A stretch of DNA of 64,000 nt from Alphaproteobacteria bacterium (lineage in GTDB: Bacteria; Pseudomonadota; Alphaproteobacteria; RF32; CAG-239). The notes beneath the pieces are model-generated. The model was not told the origin of the DNA. It did not search any database and saw only the letters and a list, made by a program, of their open reading frames with translations. Within the stretch, counting starts at the first letter, position 1. Every line of letters begins with the position of its first letter. Below, piece after piece: positions 34,005-44,169 of the stretch. The position numbers and the translations under genes are program-made. The DNA lies in assembly GCA_045603405.1 (NCBI GenBank), contig JAZUMA010000030.1, forward strand, positions 3,744 to 67,743, written 5' to 3'.

Positions 34005-34985
34005 TTAAGCGCTCTTTTTAGTTATAAGCATTTCTTTAATGCCGTCAATGGAACTCAAAACAGCACTGGCTTCGTATGGCATATAAACAATCTTATTGTT
34101 TTCTCCGGAAGTCATTTCTTTCATGGTTTCAAGATATTTCATAGCAATAAGATATTTATCGGCTTGGCCTTTAGACGACAGAGCTTCAATGATACGATTA
34201 ATTGCTTGCTTTTCTGCTTCAGCCTCAACCATACGCGCTTGGGCAATACCTTCGGCTTTTAAGATGGCTGATTCCTTTTCACCTTCAGCTTGGCGAATCG
34301 CCGCTTCTTTTTCACCTTCAGCAATACGAATTGCTGATTCTTTTTGACCTTCGGCTTCATAAATCATCGCGCGTTTTTCACGCTCGGCTTTCATTTGTTT
34401 ATCCATAGCAGCTTGGATATCTTTCGGAGGCATGATATCTTGTAATTCAATACGATTTACTTTAACCCCCCATTTATCTGAAGCGCTATCTATTGTTTCA
34501 CGCAACTCGGTGTTGATTTTATCGCGAGAAGTTAAAGTTTCCTGCAACTCCAATTTACCGATTAGTTGGCGCAAAGTTGTTTGGGTTAATTTTTCGATGG
34601 CTTCATATAAATTTTCTACACCGTAAACAGATTTTTCCGGATTGAAAATTTGGAAATACAAAACGGCATTGATGGAGATAGAAACGTTATCTTTGGTAAT
34701 CACACTTTGACGTGGAAAGTCAACAACTGTTTCACGCAAATCAATACGCGTTGTTTTTTGCATATAAGATGATGATGTACCGTCACGATAATTTACGGTT
34801 ACTTTTTTATACATGGTTTTGGGGGAATCAAAAAATGGAAGAATCCAATTCAGTCCGGCAGATAATGTTTCTTTATATTTACCTAAACGTTGAATGATTA
34901 CAACTTCTTGCTGTTCAACGATAACGCAACCTTTCATTACAAGATAAAGAACGGCAACAACTAAAAGTGTTAAAAAAGTAGTCAT
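34005..34985 (-). CDS. SPFH/band-7 (stomatin-like) protein
   Basis: GLNWILPFFD and TKDNVSISINAVLYFQI motifs, plus C-terminal AEGEKExAI repeats. Confidence 0.85.
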   Translation of the reverse strand: MTTFLTLLVVAVLYLVMKGCVIVEQQEVVIIQRLGKYKETLSAGLNWILPFFDSPKTMYKKVTVNYRDGTSSSYMQKTTRIDLRETVVDFPRQSVITKDNVSISINAVLYFQIFNPEKSVYGVENLYEAIEKLTQTTLRQLIGKLELQETLTSRDKINTELRETIDSASDKWGVKVNRIELQDIMPPKDIQAAMDKQMKAEREKRAMIYEAEGQKESAIRIAEGEKEAAIRQAEGEKESAILKAEGIAQARMVEAEAEKQAINRIIEALSSKGQADKYLIAMKYLETMKEMTSGENNKIVYMPYEASAVLSSIDGIKEMLITKKSA

Positions 34986-35431
34986 TATTTTTTTCCTTTC
35001 TTAGAGAGTTTTTCTACAAACATGGTTAAATCATTGTGACGAATAATTTTTACTTTTTCGCCTTTTTCTATTTCAGGAGAATCTTCTGAAAGTGTGCGTG
35101 CTTCCCAATCTTCATCATAAATTTTTATGCGACCGGAAAAGGCGTTTATGCTTGTTATTGCATCAGCTTGTTTATTGATGTATTGCGACTCAAGGGAAGT
35201 CTTGGCATCTTTTTTAGGATTGATGTTAAACAGGGGCCGTAAAAATAATAAAAAGAGTATTGATAAAATAACGAAAATCGGTATCAAGATATTATAATTA
35301 TCTGTAAAAATTCCCATTATGGAACAAATGGCTGCGGCAAATGCAAAGTTTAAGAAAAACATTGTCGGTGTATAAATTTCTATCATGAAAAATATAACAG
35401 CGACAATTAGAAATACAATCCATGCTGACAT
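34985..35431 (-). CDS. NfeD-family membrane protein
   Basis: Three TM segments plus a C-terminal OB-like GRIKIYDEDWEARTL...GEKVKII. Start/stop overlap with the SPFH gene. Confidence 0.75.
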   Translation of the reverse strand: MSAWIVFLIVAVIFFMIEIYTPTMFFLNFAFAAAICSIMGIFTDNYNILIPIFVILSILFLLFLRPLFNINPKKDAKTSLESQYINKQADAITSINAFSGRIKIYDEDWEARTLSEDSPEIEKGEKVKIIRHNDLTMFVEKLSKKGKK

Positions 35432-35502
35432 AATATTATCCTCTGTTGTTAAAATTTATCTTAATTTTAAATAGGGATTGTTTTAAATTTCGTTAAAAAT
35501 AT

Positions 35503-36771
35503 CTAATCTGCGTTTTGTTTATGTGTATGAATCTTATATAGTAAATAGGTAAAAATCAGCATATATAATGTGGCGAAAAGGAAAAATGCCGATGAAAAAC
35601 TCAGGCCTGATATATCTTTAGACGGAGCAATAACAAACTTGAAACAGATAAGGGATATGCCGGAGATTGTTTGCTGCAACATGTTGTTTACAGATGATAT
35701 AGTCGCACGCGTTTCTTCTTTGGCAAACTGATGGATGTGATTGATGTTGGCAATAGCAAAAGAAAGCTGAAAACCAATGCCGATGCATACAAAAATCAAA
35801 GTTAAACAGGCAACATAAGGGAGCTTAAAATAAAAACTTAAAATCATACAGGCAAAGGAATAAAAACATAAAAAAGTGGTGACAACCAAAAGACGGTTAA
35901 AACCAAAAAAGTTTTTAATTTTATTGACGTAAAAAGAGAAACCGGCGCGCAGAGCATGATTTATGACGGCGACAACACTAAACATGAGAATCGGAGCTGA
36001 TGATATTTTTAATAGTGGCTGGAAACACCAACAGAATAGAGAAGTGGTTGAAAAAAGCAGTGCGGAATATAAAATGTAAATATTGATGTTTTTATTTTGC
36101 ATGGTGGCAATAGTTGTATCTTTTATTTCTGTGAATTTTTGTTTTAAGGTTATACCATATGGACGTGCAGATGGCGGGTTAGGGAGTGTTGTTAGCAAAA
36201 TAATGCTGATGAGTGTTAAAATAAACTCTAAGGAAAGTAGTACAACCGTGCCGTAATATTTGTATAAAACAGCACTGAAAATTGCAGCGAACATGGCGCC
36301 TGATGACATAGCAAAGTTTGTGCGTCCGCATTCTTTGAGCATACGCTTTAATTTGTTTTTGCTTTTTAGATAATCGTAAATGTAGCTGTCATATACACCA
36401 GATAAAAACGCTCGTGAAAGTGCATTGAAAAGTTCACCTAAAAGGACAATGTAAATACCAGAAAAAGAGAGCCACAATGTTGCTCTTAAAAAGAAGCAAA
36501 TGAAAGCTAAAACCAATACTTTTTTTTTGGATATAACATCAGCAATGTAACCGCAGGGAATCTCAAAAACAATACCAGTTAATTGAAAAATTCCTTGGAA
36601 TAAAACAAAATCTGCAGCAGTTAATCCATTCTGTTGGTAAAACAACAACAGTACCGGTGCAAGATATAATTGGGAACGTAAAAAGCAAGCCAGATCTAGT
36701 CTTTTCAGCGGATTTGCAGATTTCATTATTGCGCCTTTTTTGAGGTTATTTGTGATAGTCATTCTAGTCAA
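35503..36771 (-). CDS. MFS-type transporter
   Basis: About 12 TM segments with an MFS-like loop pattern. The start may be the internal MKSANP. Confidence 0.6.
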   Translation of the reverse strand: MTRMTITNNLKKGAIMKSANPLKRLDLACFLRSQLYLAPVLLLFYQQNGLTAADFVLFQGIFQLTGIVFEIPCGYIADVISKKKVLVLAFICFFLRATLWLSFSGIYIVLLGELFNALSRAFLSGVYDSYIYDYLKSKNKLKRMLKECGRTNFAMSSGAMFAAIFSAVLYKYYGTVVLLSLEFILTLISIILLTTLPNPPSARPYGITLKQKFTEIKDTTIATMQNKNINIYILYSALLFSTTSLFCWCFQPLLKISSAPILMFSVVAVINHALRAGFSFYVNKIKNFFGFNRLLVVTTFLCFYSFACMILSFYFKLPYVACLTLIFVCIGIGFQLSFAIANINHIHQFAKEETRATISSVNNMLQQTISGISLICFKFVIAPSKDISGLSFSSAFFLFATLYMLIFTYLLYKIHTHKQNAD

Positions 36772-36852
36772 TACAGTTTAATATAAGGTAAAGAGAATAT
36801 AAAAAAAACCACCTTAAATTCAGGCGGTTTTTTTTACTTTATAAAGCTAAAA

Positions 36853-37077
36853 TTACTTTTTTGATTTAGTAGATTTTGCTTTTGTAGAAGATGATTTCTT
36901 GCTGTTAGAAGAAGTCTTCTTTGAAGAGCAAGATTTGCAACTCATAGAAGTAGCTTTTTTGCCGTAAATTTGCTCAATAGCCATGTTCCAGAATTTTTCA
37001 TCTTGGCCGAACGGACAACCAGCATTTTGCCAGTTGTAATAAGCAGCTTCTCTGATTAAATTTTCATTGAATGTCAT
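36853..37077 (-). CDS. DUF2934-domain protein with a Ser/Lys-rich tail
   Basis: IREAAYYNWQNAGCPFGQDEKFW matches the DUF2934 pattern. Confidence 0.55.
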   Translation of the reverse strand: MTFNENLIREAAYYNWQNAGCPFGQDEKFWNMAIEQIYGKKATSMSCKSCSSKKTSSNSKKSSSTKAKSTKSKK

Positions 37078-37615
37078 TTCAAATCTCCAAATAATTTGTT
37101 GTTGAACAATGTTAGTATAAAATAATTTTTTATTTTGTAAATACGAATTTTTTATGTTTTCGCTTTTTATGGTTTGTATATATTTAGATAGTTTAAAAAA
37201 AAATTAAAAAAAGGGGGAATATGAAAAAAAATATGATAATTTTTTGTAGCGATATTTATAGACTGATGAAAGTTATGAATGATTTTTTTTTATTGGTGTT
37301 TCGGCGTTTTTTTTATGCTTTTTGATGTATATATTTTGAGGTAATTTTTTTTGTGAAAACCGGAATTAAAAAATGTATCAAAAAAATATTTTATGGTTGT
37401 GCAAAAATAAAAAAATATGATTAGTTTTAAAGGAAATAAATAAAAAAAATTTACTAAATTTTTAAAAAAAAGTTTTAAAAGAAAGTGTTGCTTTTAAAGA
37501 AAAATAGGAAATGTAAAATGTCTTTTTTTTATGACAATTTTCTTGCAAATTTTTTGTTTTGCTTTATACATAAAATTGATGTTATTTATTGTTTTATTTT
37601 TGGAGATATATCAGG

Positions 37616-39913
37616 ATGACGAATACAGTCGAGAATACAGCTATTGAAAATCAAAAAAATGTTCGGTCGAAAAATTTTGCCGTATTGAATCCGGTCGGAG
37701 GGAAAATGAATAATTTGCTTTCAAAAAATGAAATGGAATGTATTATTAATGGTGATTATGAAAATGTTATGGCTGTACTCGGCATTCATCGTGATAAGGG
37801 TAGTAAAGAAGTTTTTATTCGGGCCTATAAACCGCAGACAAAGTCTATTGAATTATTGGCGGGTGACGGCACGTCTTTAGGGTTAATGACAAAGCTGGAT
37901 GAGCGCGGTTTTTATCAGATAAATCTCGGGATTTTGAATCTAGATGGTTTTGCGCATAAGTTTCGTATTACAAATGATCAGAACAATGTTTATGAAGAAG
38001 AAGATATTTATTCTTTTCCGTCTGTTTTGGGAGATATAGATGAATATCTTTTTTCAGAAGGGAATCATTTTGATTTATATAAAAAGCTCGGGGCGCATAT
38101 TATGGAAATAAATGGCGTTAAAGGTGTTGCTTTTTCTGTGTGGGCACCGAATGCAAAACGTGTTTCCGTTGTTGGAGCTTTTAATAATTGGGATGGACGC
38201 GTTAATGTAATGCGCAAACATTATAATTGCGGTGTATGGGATATTTTTATTCCTAATATTGTGGAAGGAGAATATTATAAATTTGAAATTAAAACTCACG
38301 ATGGTTTTATTTTGACTAAAAGTGATCCGATGGCTTTTTATTCTGAAGTTCGCCCGAGTACAGCTTCGATTGTTTATGATTTAAATCATTATAATTGGAA
38401 TGACCAAAATTGGATGCAATATCGTCAGGCATACAACGGTTTTGATCGCGCGATGAGTATTTATGAAGTGCATGCCGGTTCATGGCGCAGAAAAGGAGAA
38501 AACGGTACGGAGTTTTTAAATTATCGCGAATTGGCTGATACATTAGTACCATATGTGATGAATATGGGGTTTACACATGTTGAATTTTTGCCATTGTGTG
38601 AACATCCTTTGGATGCTTCTTGGGGGTATCAGGTTACCGGATTGTTTGCTCCAACTTCTCGTTTTGGAACACCTGATGATTTTCGTTATATGATTGATAA
38701 GTTTCACCAGGCAAATATCGGAGTAATTATGGATTGGGTTCCGGCGCATTTTCCAAAAGACGGGCATGGTTTGGTTGAGTTTGATGGGACGCATCTTTAT
38801 GAACATGCTGACCCGAGAAAAGGTGAACATAAAGATTGGGGAACTAAAATTTATAATTATGGACGTACTGAAGTTTGTAATGTGCTTTGTTGCAGTGCGC
38901 TTTATTGGTTGAAAGAATATCATATTGACGGCTTGCGTGTAGACGCTGTGGCTTCAATGTTGTACTTAGATTATTCGCGCAAAGACGGAGAATGGATACC
39001 GAATATTTACGGCGGAAATGAAAATTTAGAAGCAATTTCATTTATTCGTAAAATGAATGAACTTTGTTACGGGCAGTGTCCGGGGACAATCACCTGTGCA
39101 GAAGAATCAACAGCATGGCCGATGGTTTCAAGACCGACGTCTATGGGCGGTTTGGGTTTTGGTTATAAATGGAATATGGGATGGATGAATGATACATTAA
39201 CTTATATCAGTAAAGATGCTATTTACAGAAAGTATGAGCATGGTAAGTTAACGTTTGGTTTATTGTATGCATTTAATGAAAATTTCATCTTGCCGATTTC
39301 ACATGATGAGGTTGTACATGGAAAAGGTTCTATGCTTAATAAAATGCCCGGTGATGAGTGGCAGAAGTTTGCAAATTTGAGAGCTTATTACGGCTTTATG
39401 TGGACACACCCAGGTAAAAAACTTTTGTTTATGGGGTGTGAATTCGGACAAGATTGGGAATGGAATTCTGCTGAGAGTTTGCGTTGGCATTTGTTACAAT
39501 ACCCGATGTATAAGGGTATGCAAAATTGTGTGAGAGATTTGAATTTGATGTATAAAGGAAATTCTGCTTTTTATGAAGAAGACTTCGATTATAAAGGATT
39601 TGAGTGGATTGATCATGCTAATGCGGATGACAGTGTGATTTCTTATATTCGTCGCGGACATGATTATAACAATTATATGATTGTCGTATCTAATTTTACA
39701 CCGGTGGTAAGGAATGATTTTAAACTTGGTGTACCAGATAGCGGAGCATATCAAGAAATCTTTAACAGCGATGACAAGAATTATTGGGGGAGCGGTGTAA
39801 AAAATGAAGGTGAAATGATTGCAAATGATGAAAGTATTTGCGGAAGACCTCATTCAATTACATTAACATTACCGCCACTTTCTACTATTGTATTGAAGCA
39901 TATCAGATATTAG
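37616..39913 (+). CDS. glgB: 1,4-alpha-glucan branching enzyme
   Basis: GLRVDAVASMLY, CAEESTAWP and ISHDEVVHGK catalytic motifs. GGAG RBS before the ATG at 37616. Confidence 0.9.
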   Translation: MTNTVENTAIENQKNVRSKNFAVLNPVGGKMNNLLSKNEMECIINGDYENVMAVLGIHRDKGSKEVFIRAYKPQTKSIELLAGDGTSLGLMTKLDERGFYQINLGILNLDGFAHKFRITNDQNNVYEEEDIYSFPSVLGDIDEYLFSEGNHFDLYKKLGAHIMEINGVKGVAFSVWAPNAKRVSVVGAFNNWDGRVNVMRKHYNCGVWDIFIPNIVEGEYYKFEIKTHDGFILTKSDPMAFYSEVRPSTASIVYDLNHYNWNDQNWMQYRQAYNGFDRAMSIYEVHAGSWRRKGENGTEFLNYRELADTLVPYVMNMGFTHVEFLPLCEHPLDASWGYQVTGLFAPTSRFGTPDDFRYMIDKFHQANIGVIMDWVPAHFPKDGHGLVEFDGTHLYEHADPRKGEHKDWGTKIYNYGRTEVCNVLCCSALYWLKEYHIDGLRVDAVASMLYLDYSRKDGEWIPNIYGGNENLEAISFIRKMNELCYGQCPGTITCAEESTAWPMVSRPTSMGGLGFGYKWNMGWMNDTLTYISKDAIYRKYEHGKLTFGLLYAFNENFILPISHDEVVHGKGSMLNKMPGDEWQKFANLRAYYGFMWTHPGKKLLFMGCEFGQDWEWNSAESLRWHLLQYPMYKGMQNCVRDLNLMYKGNSAFYEEDFDYKGFEWIDHANADDSVISYIRRGHDYNNYMIVVSNFTPVVRNDFKLGVPDSGAYQEIFNSDDKNYWGSGVKNEGEMIANDESICGRPHSITLTLPPLSTIVLKHIRY

Positions 39914-39933
39914 GTTATTTGAGAGGGAGAGTA

Positions 39934-42009
39934 ATGACAGATATTAAAGTATGGGACGGGCGATCTTATCCTTTAGGCGCAACGGCAGATGAAAGCGGAG
40001 TTAATTTTGCTTTATTTTCTGCCGGTGCTTTGCGGATTGAACTTTGTCTGTTTGATAAAACAGGTACTAAAGAAATTGCGCGATTTGAAATGCCTGTACG
40101 GGAAAATAATATCTGGCACATTTATCTTGAAGGCGTTAAAGAAGGACAAGTTTACGGCTATCGTGTTTACGGACCGTATGATCCGGCTAAAGGAAAAAGA
40201 TTTAATCCAAATAAATTGTTGATTGATCCGTATGCAAAAAAATTAATCGGACGGCTTATTTGGCATAAGGCTATTTACGGGTACGATTTTGATAGCGCAG
40301 AAAAAGATCTTTCTTTTTCAACATTGGACAGTGCGCCATATGTTCCTAAATCTGTAGTGGTTGGAGCGAGTAAATTTGATTGGGAAAATGATGAGCCGCC
40401 ACAAATAGATGAGGATAAAACCGTTTTCTATGAGTTACATGTAAAAGGCTTTACTAAATTGCATCCGAAGGTTCAAGACGCCAGACGCGGTACGTTTGCC
40501 GGATTAGCCAGTCATAGCGTGTGCAAATATTTGAAATGGTTGGGTGTAACTTCAGTGGAGTTGTTACCGGTGCATGCTTTTATGGCTGAAAGAGCAAAAG
40601 GTATTCATGAAAATTATTGGGGGTATGAAACTTTAAGTTTTTTTGCATTTGAACCAAGTTATCTTGTTGGTGGGCAAATTGATGATTTTAAAAAGATGGT
40701 TAAAAGAATGCATCAAAGCGGGATAGAAGTGATTTTGGACATGGTCTATAATCATACTTTTGAAGGAAATCACTTGGGGCCGACGCTTTGCTACCGCGGA
40801 ATTGATAATGAAAGCTATTATACTTTGGATGGAACCAATAAGCGGTATTATTATGACAGCACCGGTTGCGGTGCGTCTTTTAATTTACAGAATCCGTATG
40901 TGTTGCGTTTAGTGATGGATTCAATGCGTTATTTGGTTGAAGAAATGCATGTTGATGGTTTTCGTTTGGATTTGGCCGTGTCTTTGGCTCGTGTGCGCCA
41001 AGAATTTTCGCAAAGCAGTGGCTTTTTGATGGCAACACGACAAGATGAAATATTGAAGTTGGTAAAAATTGTTGCAGAACCGTGGGATGTTGGAATTGGC
41101 GGATATCAGTTAGGGGCATTTCCTCCGGGATGGATGGAGTGGAATGATAGGTATAGAGATGTTGTCAGAAGGTTTTGGCGTGGTGATGACAGGCAAATAG
41201 GAGAATTAGCGAGCAGACTTTCTGGTTCGAGTGATGTTTTTGGTCCAAGTCGGCGAACAATATGGAGTTCTGTTAATTTTTTGGCAGTGCATGACGGTAT
41301 GACGCTTAATGATTTGGTAACGTATAATCATAAACATAATTATGCTAATGGTGAGGATAATTGTGACGGAACAGATACTAATTGGAGTTATAATTCCGGT
41401 TTTGAAGGAATGGTATTTGATTCGAAAATTTTAGAGAACAGATATCGACGCTTAAGAGCTATGCATGCTTGTTTGTTGCTTTCTTTTGGAACGCCGTTAT
41501 TGTTAGCAGGTGATGAATTTTTTAATACGCAGTTTGGAAATAATAATGCTTATTGTCAAGATAATGCTATTTCTTATTTGGCATGGGATGTTATCGGTAC
41601 AGAAGAAATTAAATATATTCGTTATATTAAAGAGCTTATAAAATTGCGGCGTAAGATGGGTGTATTCCATCGGAAGAACTTTTTCGGCGGTTATTATGTT
41701 GATGCAAAATCAGGGATAAAGGATTTGGCGTGGTTTACGGAAAAAGGTCAGGAATTTGCGCAAACTGATTGGCATCAAATAAATCGGCGTGCAATTTCTT
41801 ATATGGTAGCCGCAGACGAAAAAATGTTTATGGTGATTTTAAATGCAAATGCAAATCATATAAAATGGAAATTACCGGCAATTAAAAAAACTTATAAATG
41901 GAATCTATTATTAGATAGTTCGGAACAATTTGAAGCAGATAATCTTGGAGCAGGTGTTGAGATTTGGGTGCCTGCATGGACGGTTTTATGCTTTGAAGTA
42001 AAAAGATAG
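39934..42009 (+). CDS. glgX: Glycogen debranching enzyme
   Basis: GRSYPLGAT, VDGFRLDLA, AEPWDVG and VHDGMTLND motifs. The ATG at 39934 follows GGGAGAG. Confidence 0.9.
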   Translation: MTDIKVWDGRSYPLGATADESGVNFALFSAGALRIELCLFDKTGTKEIARFEMPVRENNIWHIYLEGVKEGQVYGYRVYGPYDPAKGKRFNPNKLLIDPYAKKLIGRLIWHKAIYGYDFDSAEKDLSFSTLDSAPYVPKSVVVGASKFDWENDEPPQIDEDKTVFYELHVKGFTKLHPKVQDARRGTFAGLASHSVCKYLKWLGVTSVELLPVHAFMAERAKGIHENYWGYETLSFFAFEPSYLVGGQIDDFKKMVKRMHQSGIEVILDMVYNHTFEGNHLGPTLCYRGIDNESYYTLDGTNKRYYYDSTGCGASFNLQNPYVLRLVMDSMRYLVEEMHVDGFRLDLAVSLARVRQEFSQSSGFLMATRQDEILKLVKIVAEPWDVGIGGYQLGAFPPGWMEWNDRYRDVVRRFWRGDDRQIGELASRLSGSSDVFGPSRRTIWSSVNFLAVHDGMTLNDLVTYNHKHNYANGEDNCDGTDTNWSYNSGFEGMVFDSKILENRYRRLRAMHACLLLSFGTPLLLAGDEFFNTQFGNNNAYCQDNAISYLAWDVIGTEEIKYIRYIKELIKLRRKMGVFHRKNFFGGYYVDAKSGIKDLAWFTEKGQEFAQTDWHQINRRAISYMVAADEKMFMVILNANANHIKWKLPAIKKTYKWNLLLDSSEQFEADNLGAGVEIWVPAWTVLCFEVKR

Positions 42010-42018
42010 GAGAGTAAT

Positions 42019-44169
42019 ATGTCTGAAATTTTAAAAGTTTTGGCTGATAAGCTTAATATTAATACAAGTTATGATTATTTTTGTAACGGAAAAAATCAGC
42101 ACTGTGAAGTTCGTGATGATTTGTTGCGTTATTTGATTGAAGATTTCGGTTATGCGGCAAAGACTGATGAAGATATAAGAAAATCTATCGAACGAATCGA
42201 TAAAAGACGTTGGCAAAGAGTTATGGAGGCAATTTATGTTTTTGACCAAAAGCATCAAGAGTTTGATATTGTTTTTAAAGAAGAAGAATTTTTAGGAGAT
42301 ATTGTTGTTTATGCTGTTAAAGAAGGACAAAAGAAAAAGCAAATACTGCAGGTAATGTTTGAAGAGACAGAAAGGCGTAAAGAAGGGCGTAGCACATATG
42401 TAAAATTAAAAGCAGAAATAACAGATGAATTGGATATCGGTTATTATGATTTAACTGTGGAGACAAACGGCGGCGAATATCATGCACAGTTGGCAGTGGC
42501 GCCGATGACTTGTCATACGCTTAATATTAAAGATAAAGAGAAATTATTTGGTTTTGCTATACAGCTGTATTCTCTGAAAAGCAGACATAATTGGGGTATC
42601 GGGGATTTTAGTGATTTAGCTTTATTTATTGAAAAAACAGCAAAAGACGGTGGCGATGTTATAGGTCTTAATCCGTTAAATGTGCTGTTACATGATTATC
42701 CGGAAAATGCCAGTCCATATGCATCTATCAGCCGTTTGTTTTTGAATCCGATTTATATTGATGTGGAACAGGTGCCATTATATGAAAAAAGTGATAAAGA
42801 TGAAAAAGCTGTTACACAGGCAAAAACGAAAGAGAATATAGATTATACAGCTGTGTATAATGCAAAAATAAAAGCTTTAAGAAAAATTTTTGCCAGGCTT
42901 AGTAAGATGAAAGATGAAACTTACAAAAAAGCTTTTGATAAATTTAAGGCTGCAGATGATGGTGATTTGCATCGGTTGGCAGTGTTTCAAACTATTTGTG
43001 AGGAACGTTGTAAGAACGGAGGCAGGTTGTCAGTAAAAGAAGAAAAAGATTTATCTTCTGCTTTGGGAGCAGGTGTTGAAAAATTTGCCTTAGCTCATAA
43101 AGAAGAAATAGATTTCTTTAAATTTTTACAATTTGAAGCGGATAGGCAGTTGCAACTTGTATTGAAAAAAATTAAAAACAGCGGAATGAAAATAGGTCTT
43201 TATAGAGATTTGCCGGTTGGTGTTTCTAAAGATAGTGCCGAATTTTGGACCGATAGATATTTGTATATTCAAAAAAGCGGAGCAGGGGCGCCTCCGGATA
43301 TGAACTTTCCGACCGGACAGAAGTGGGGATTGGGCGCTTTTAATCCAACTGAATTGAAAGAGCGCGGGTATAAGCCGTTTATAAAAATTTTGCGAGCTAA
43401 TATGCGCTATGCAGGTGCGATTAGGATTGATCATATAATGGGATTATCACGATTATTTATTATTCCGGATCAGGGAAAAGAAGGTGCATATATTCGTTAT
43501 AATGTGCAGGATATGATGAATATTTTAGCTTTAGAAAGTGTGCTTAATAAATGTGCTGTTGTTGGTGAATGTATCGGTAATGTAGAAGGCGGTTATACTG
43601 AATCTTTGTTGCAACGCGGAATATATCTGTTGGGTGTTTTATGGAATGAACGCAAAGATGTTAGTGGTGAGATGAAAAAGCCGGAAGAATATGAACGTAA
43701 ATATTTTGCTTCTGTCGGGACACATGATATGCCACCTTTAAAAGCATGGTGGTTTGGTCGTGAGATTGCTACGTTGCATCAGTTGGGGTTGTTTAAAGAT
43801 GCAGAAATGCGTAATGCATACCAAGGTCGGGAGCATGAGCGGCGTTTATTACTTGATGCACTTGATCAGGAAAAAGTATGGCCTGCTGATAAGTGTCGTA
43901 AAGGAGATTATATTTACGGGGAAGGTTATCCGGAGGGAATAGAGGAAGCTGTACATGCTTATATGGCAAAAACAAATAGTGAAGTATTGTTGTTGCAACC
44001 GGAAGATATTTTTCAGGCTGAAAAGCTTCAAAATCTGCCGGGAACTGATGTCGAACAATATCCAAATTGGCGCACTAAGCAAAATTTTGATTTGGAAGAG
44101 ATGACCGATAGCAAAGCTTATCAACGGCATATTAAAATTGTTAAGAAGTGGCGGCATGGGACGAATTAG
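42019..44169 (+). CDS. malQ: 4-alpha-glucanotransferase (long form)
   Basis: GIGDFSDL, IRIDHIMGL and VGTHDMPP motifs. Confidence 0.88.
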   Translation: MSEILKVLADKLNINTSYDYFCNGKNQHCEVRDDLLRYLIEDFGYAAKTDEDIRKSIERIDKRRWQRVMEAIYVFDQKHQEFDIVFKEEEFLGDIVVYAVKEGQKKKQILQVMFEETERRKEGRSTYVKLKAEITDELDIGYYDLTVETNGGEYHAQLAVAPMTCHTLNIKDKEKLFGFAIQLYSLKSRHNWGIGDFSDLALFIEKTAKDGGDVIGLNPLNVLLHDYPENASPYASISRLFLNPIYIDVEQVPLYEKSDKDEKAVTQAKTKENIDYTAVYNAKIKALRKIFARLSKMKDETYKKAFDKFKAADDGDLHRLAVFQTICEERCKNGGRLSVKEEKDLSSALGAGVEKFALAHKEEIDFFKFLQFEADRQLQLVLKKIKNSGMKIGLYRDLPVGVSKDSAEFWTDRYLYIQKSGAGAPPDMNFPTGQKWGLGAFNPTELKERGYKPFIKILRANMRYAGAIRIDHIMGLSRLFIIPDQGKEGAYIRYNVQDMMNILALESVLNKCAVVGECIGNVEGGYTESLLQRGIYLLGVLWNERKDVSGEMKKPEEYERKYFASVGTHDMPPLKAWWFGREIATLHQLGLFKDAEMRNAYQGREHERRLLLDALDQEKVWPADKCRKGDYIYGEGYPEGIEEAVHAYMAKTNSEVLLLQPEDIFQAEKLQNLPGTDVEQYPNWRTKQNFDLEEMTDSKAYQRHIKIVKKWRHGTN

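Noticed and set aside
37221-37325. 34-codon ORF (MKKNMIIFCSDIYRLMKVMNDFFLLVFRRFFYAF) after a GGGGG run in the AT-rich spacer upstream of glgB
   Set aside because: The G run sits only ~3 nt from the ATG. The peptide composition simply mirrors T-rich DNA, and there is no support beyond an open frame.
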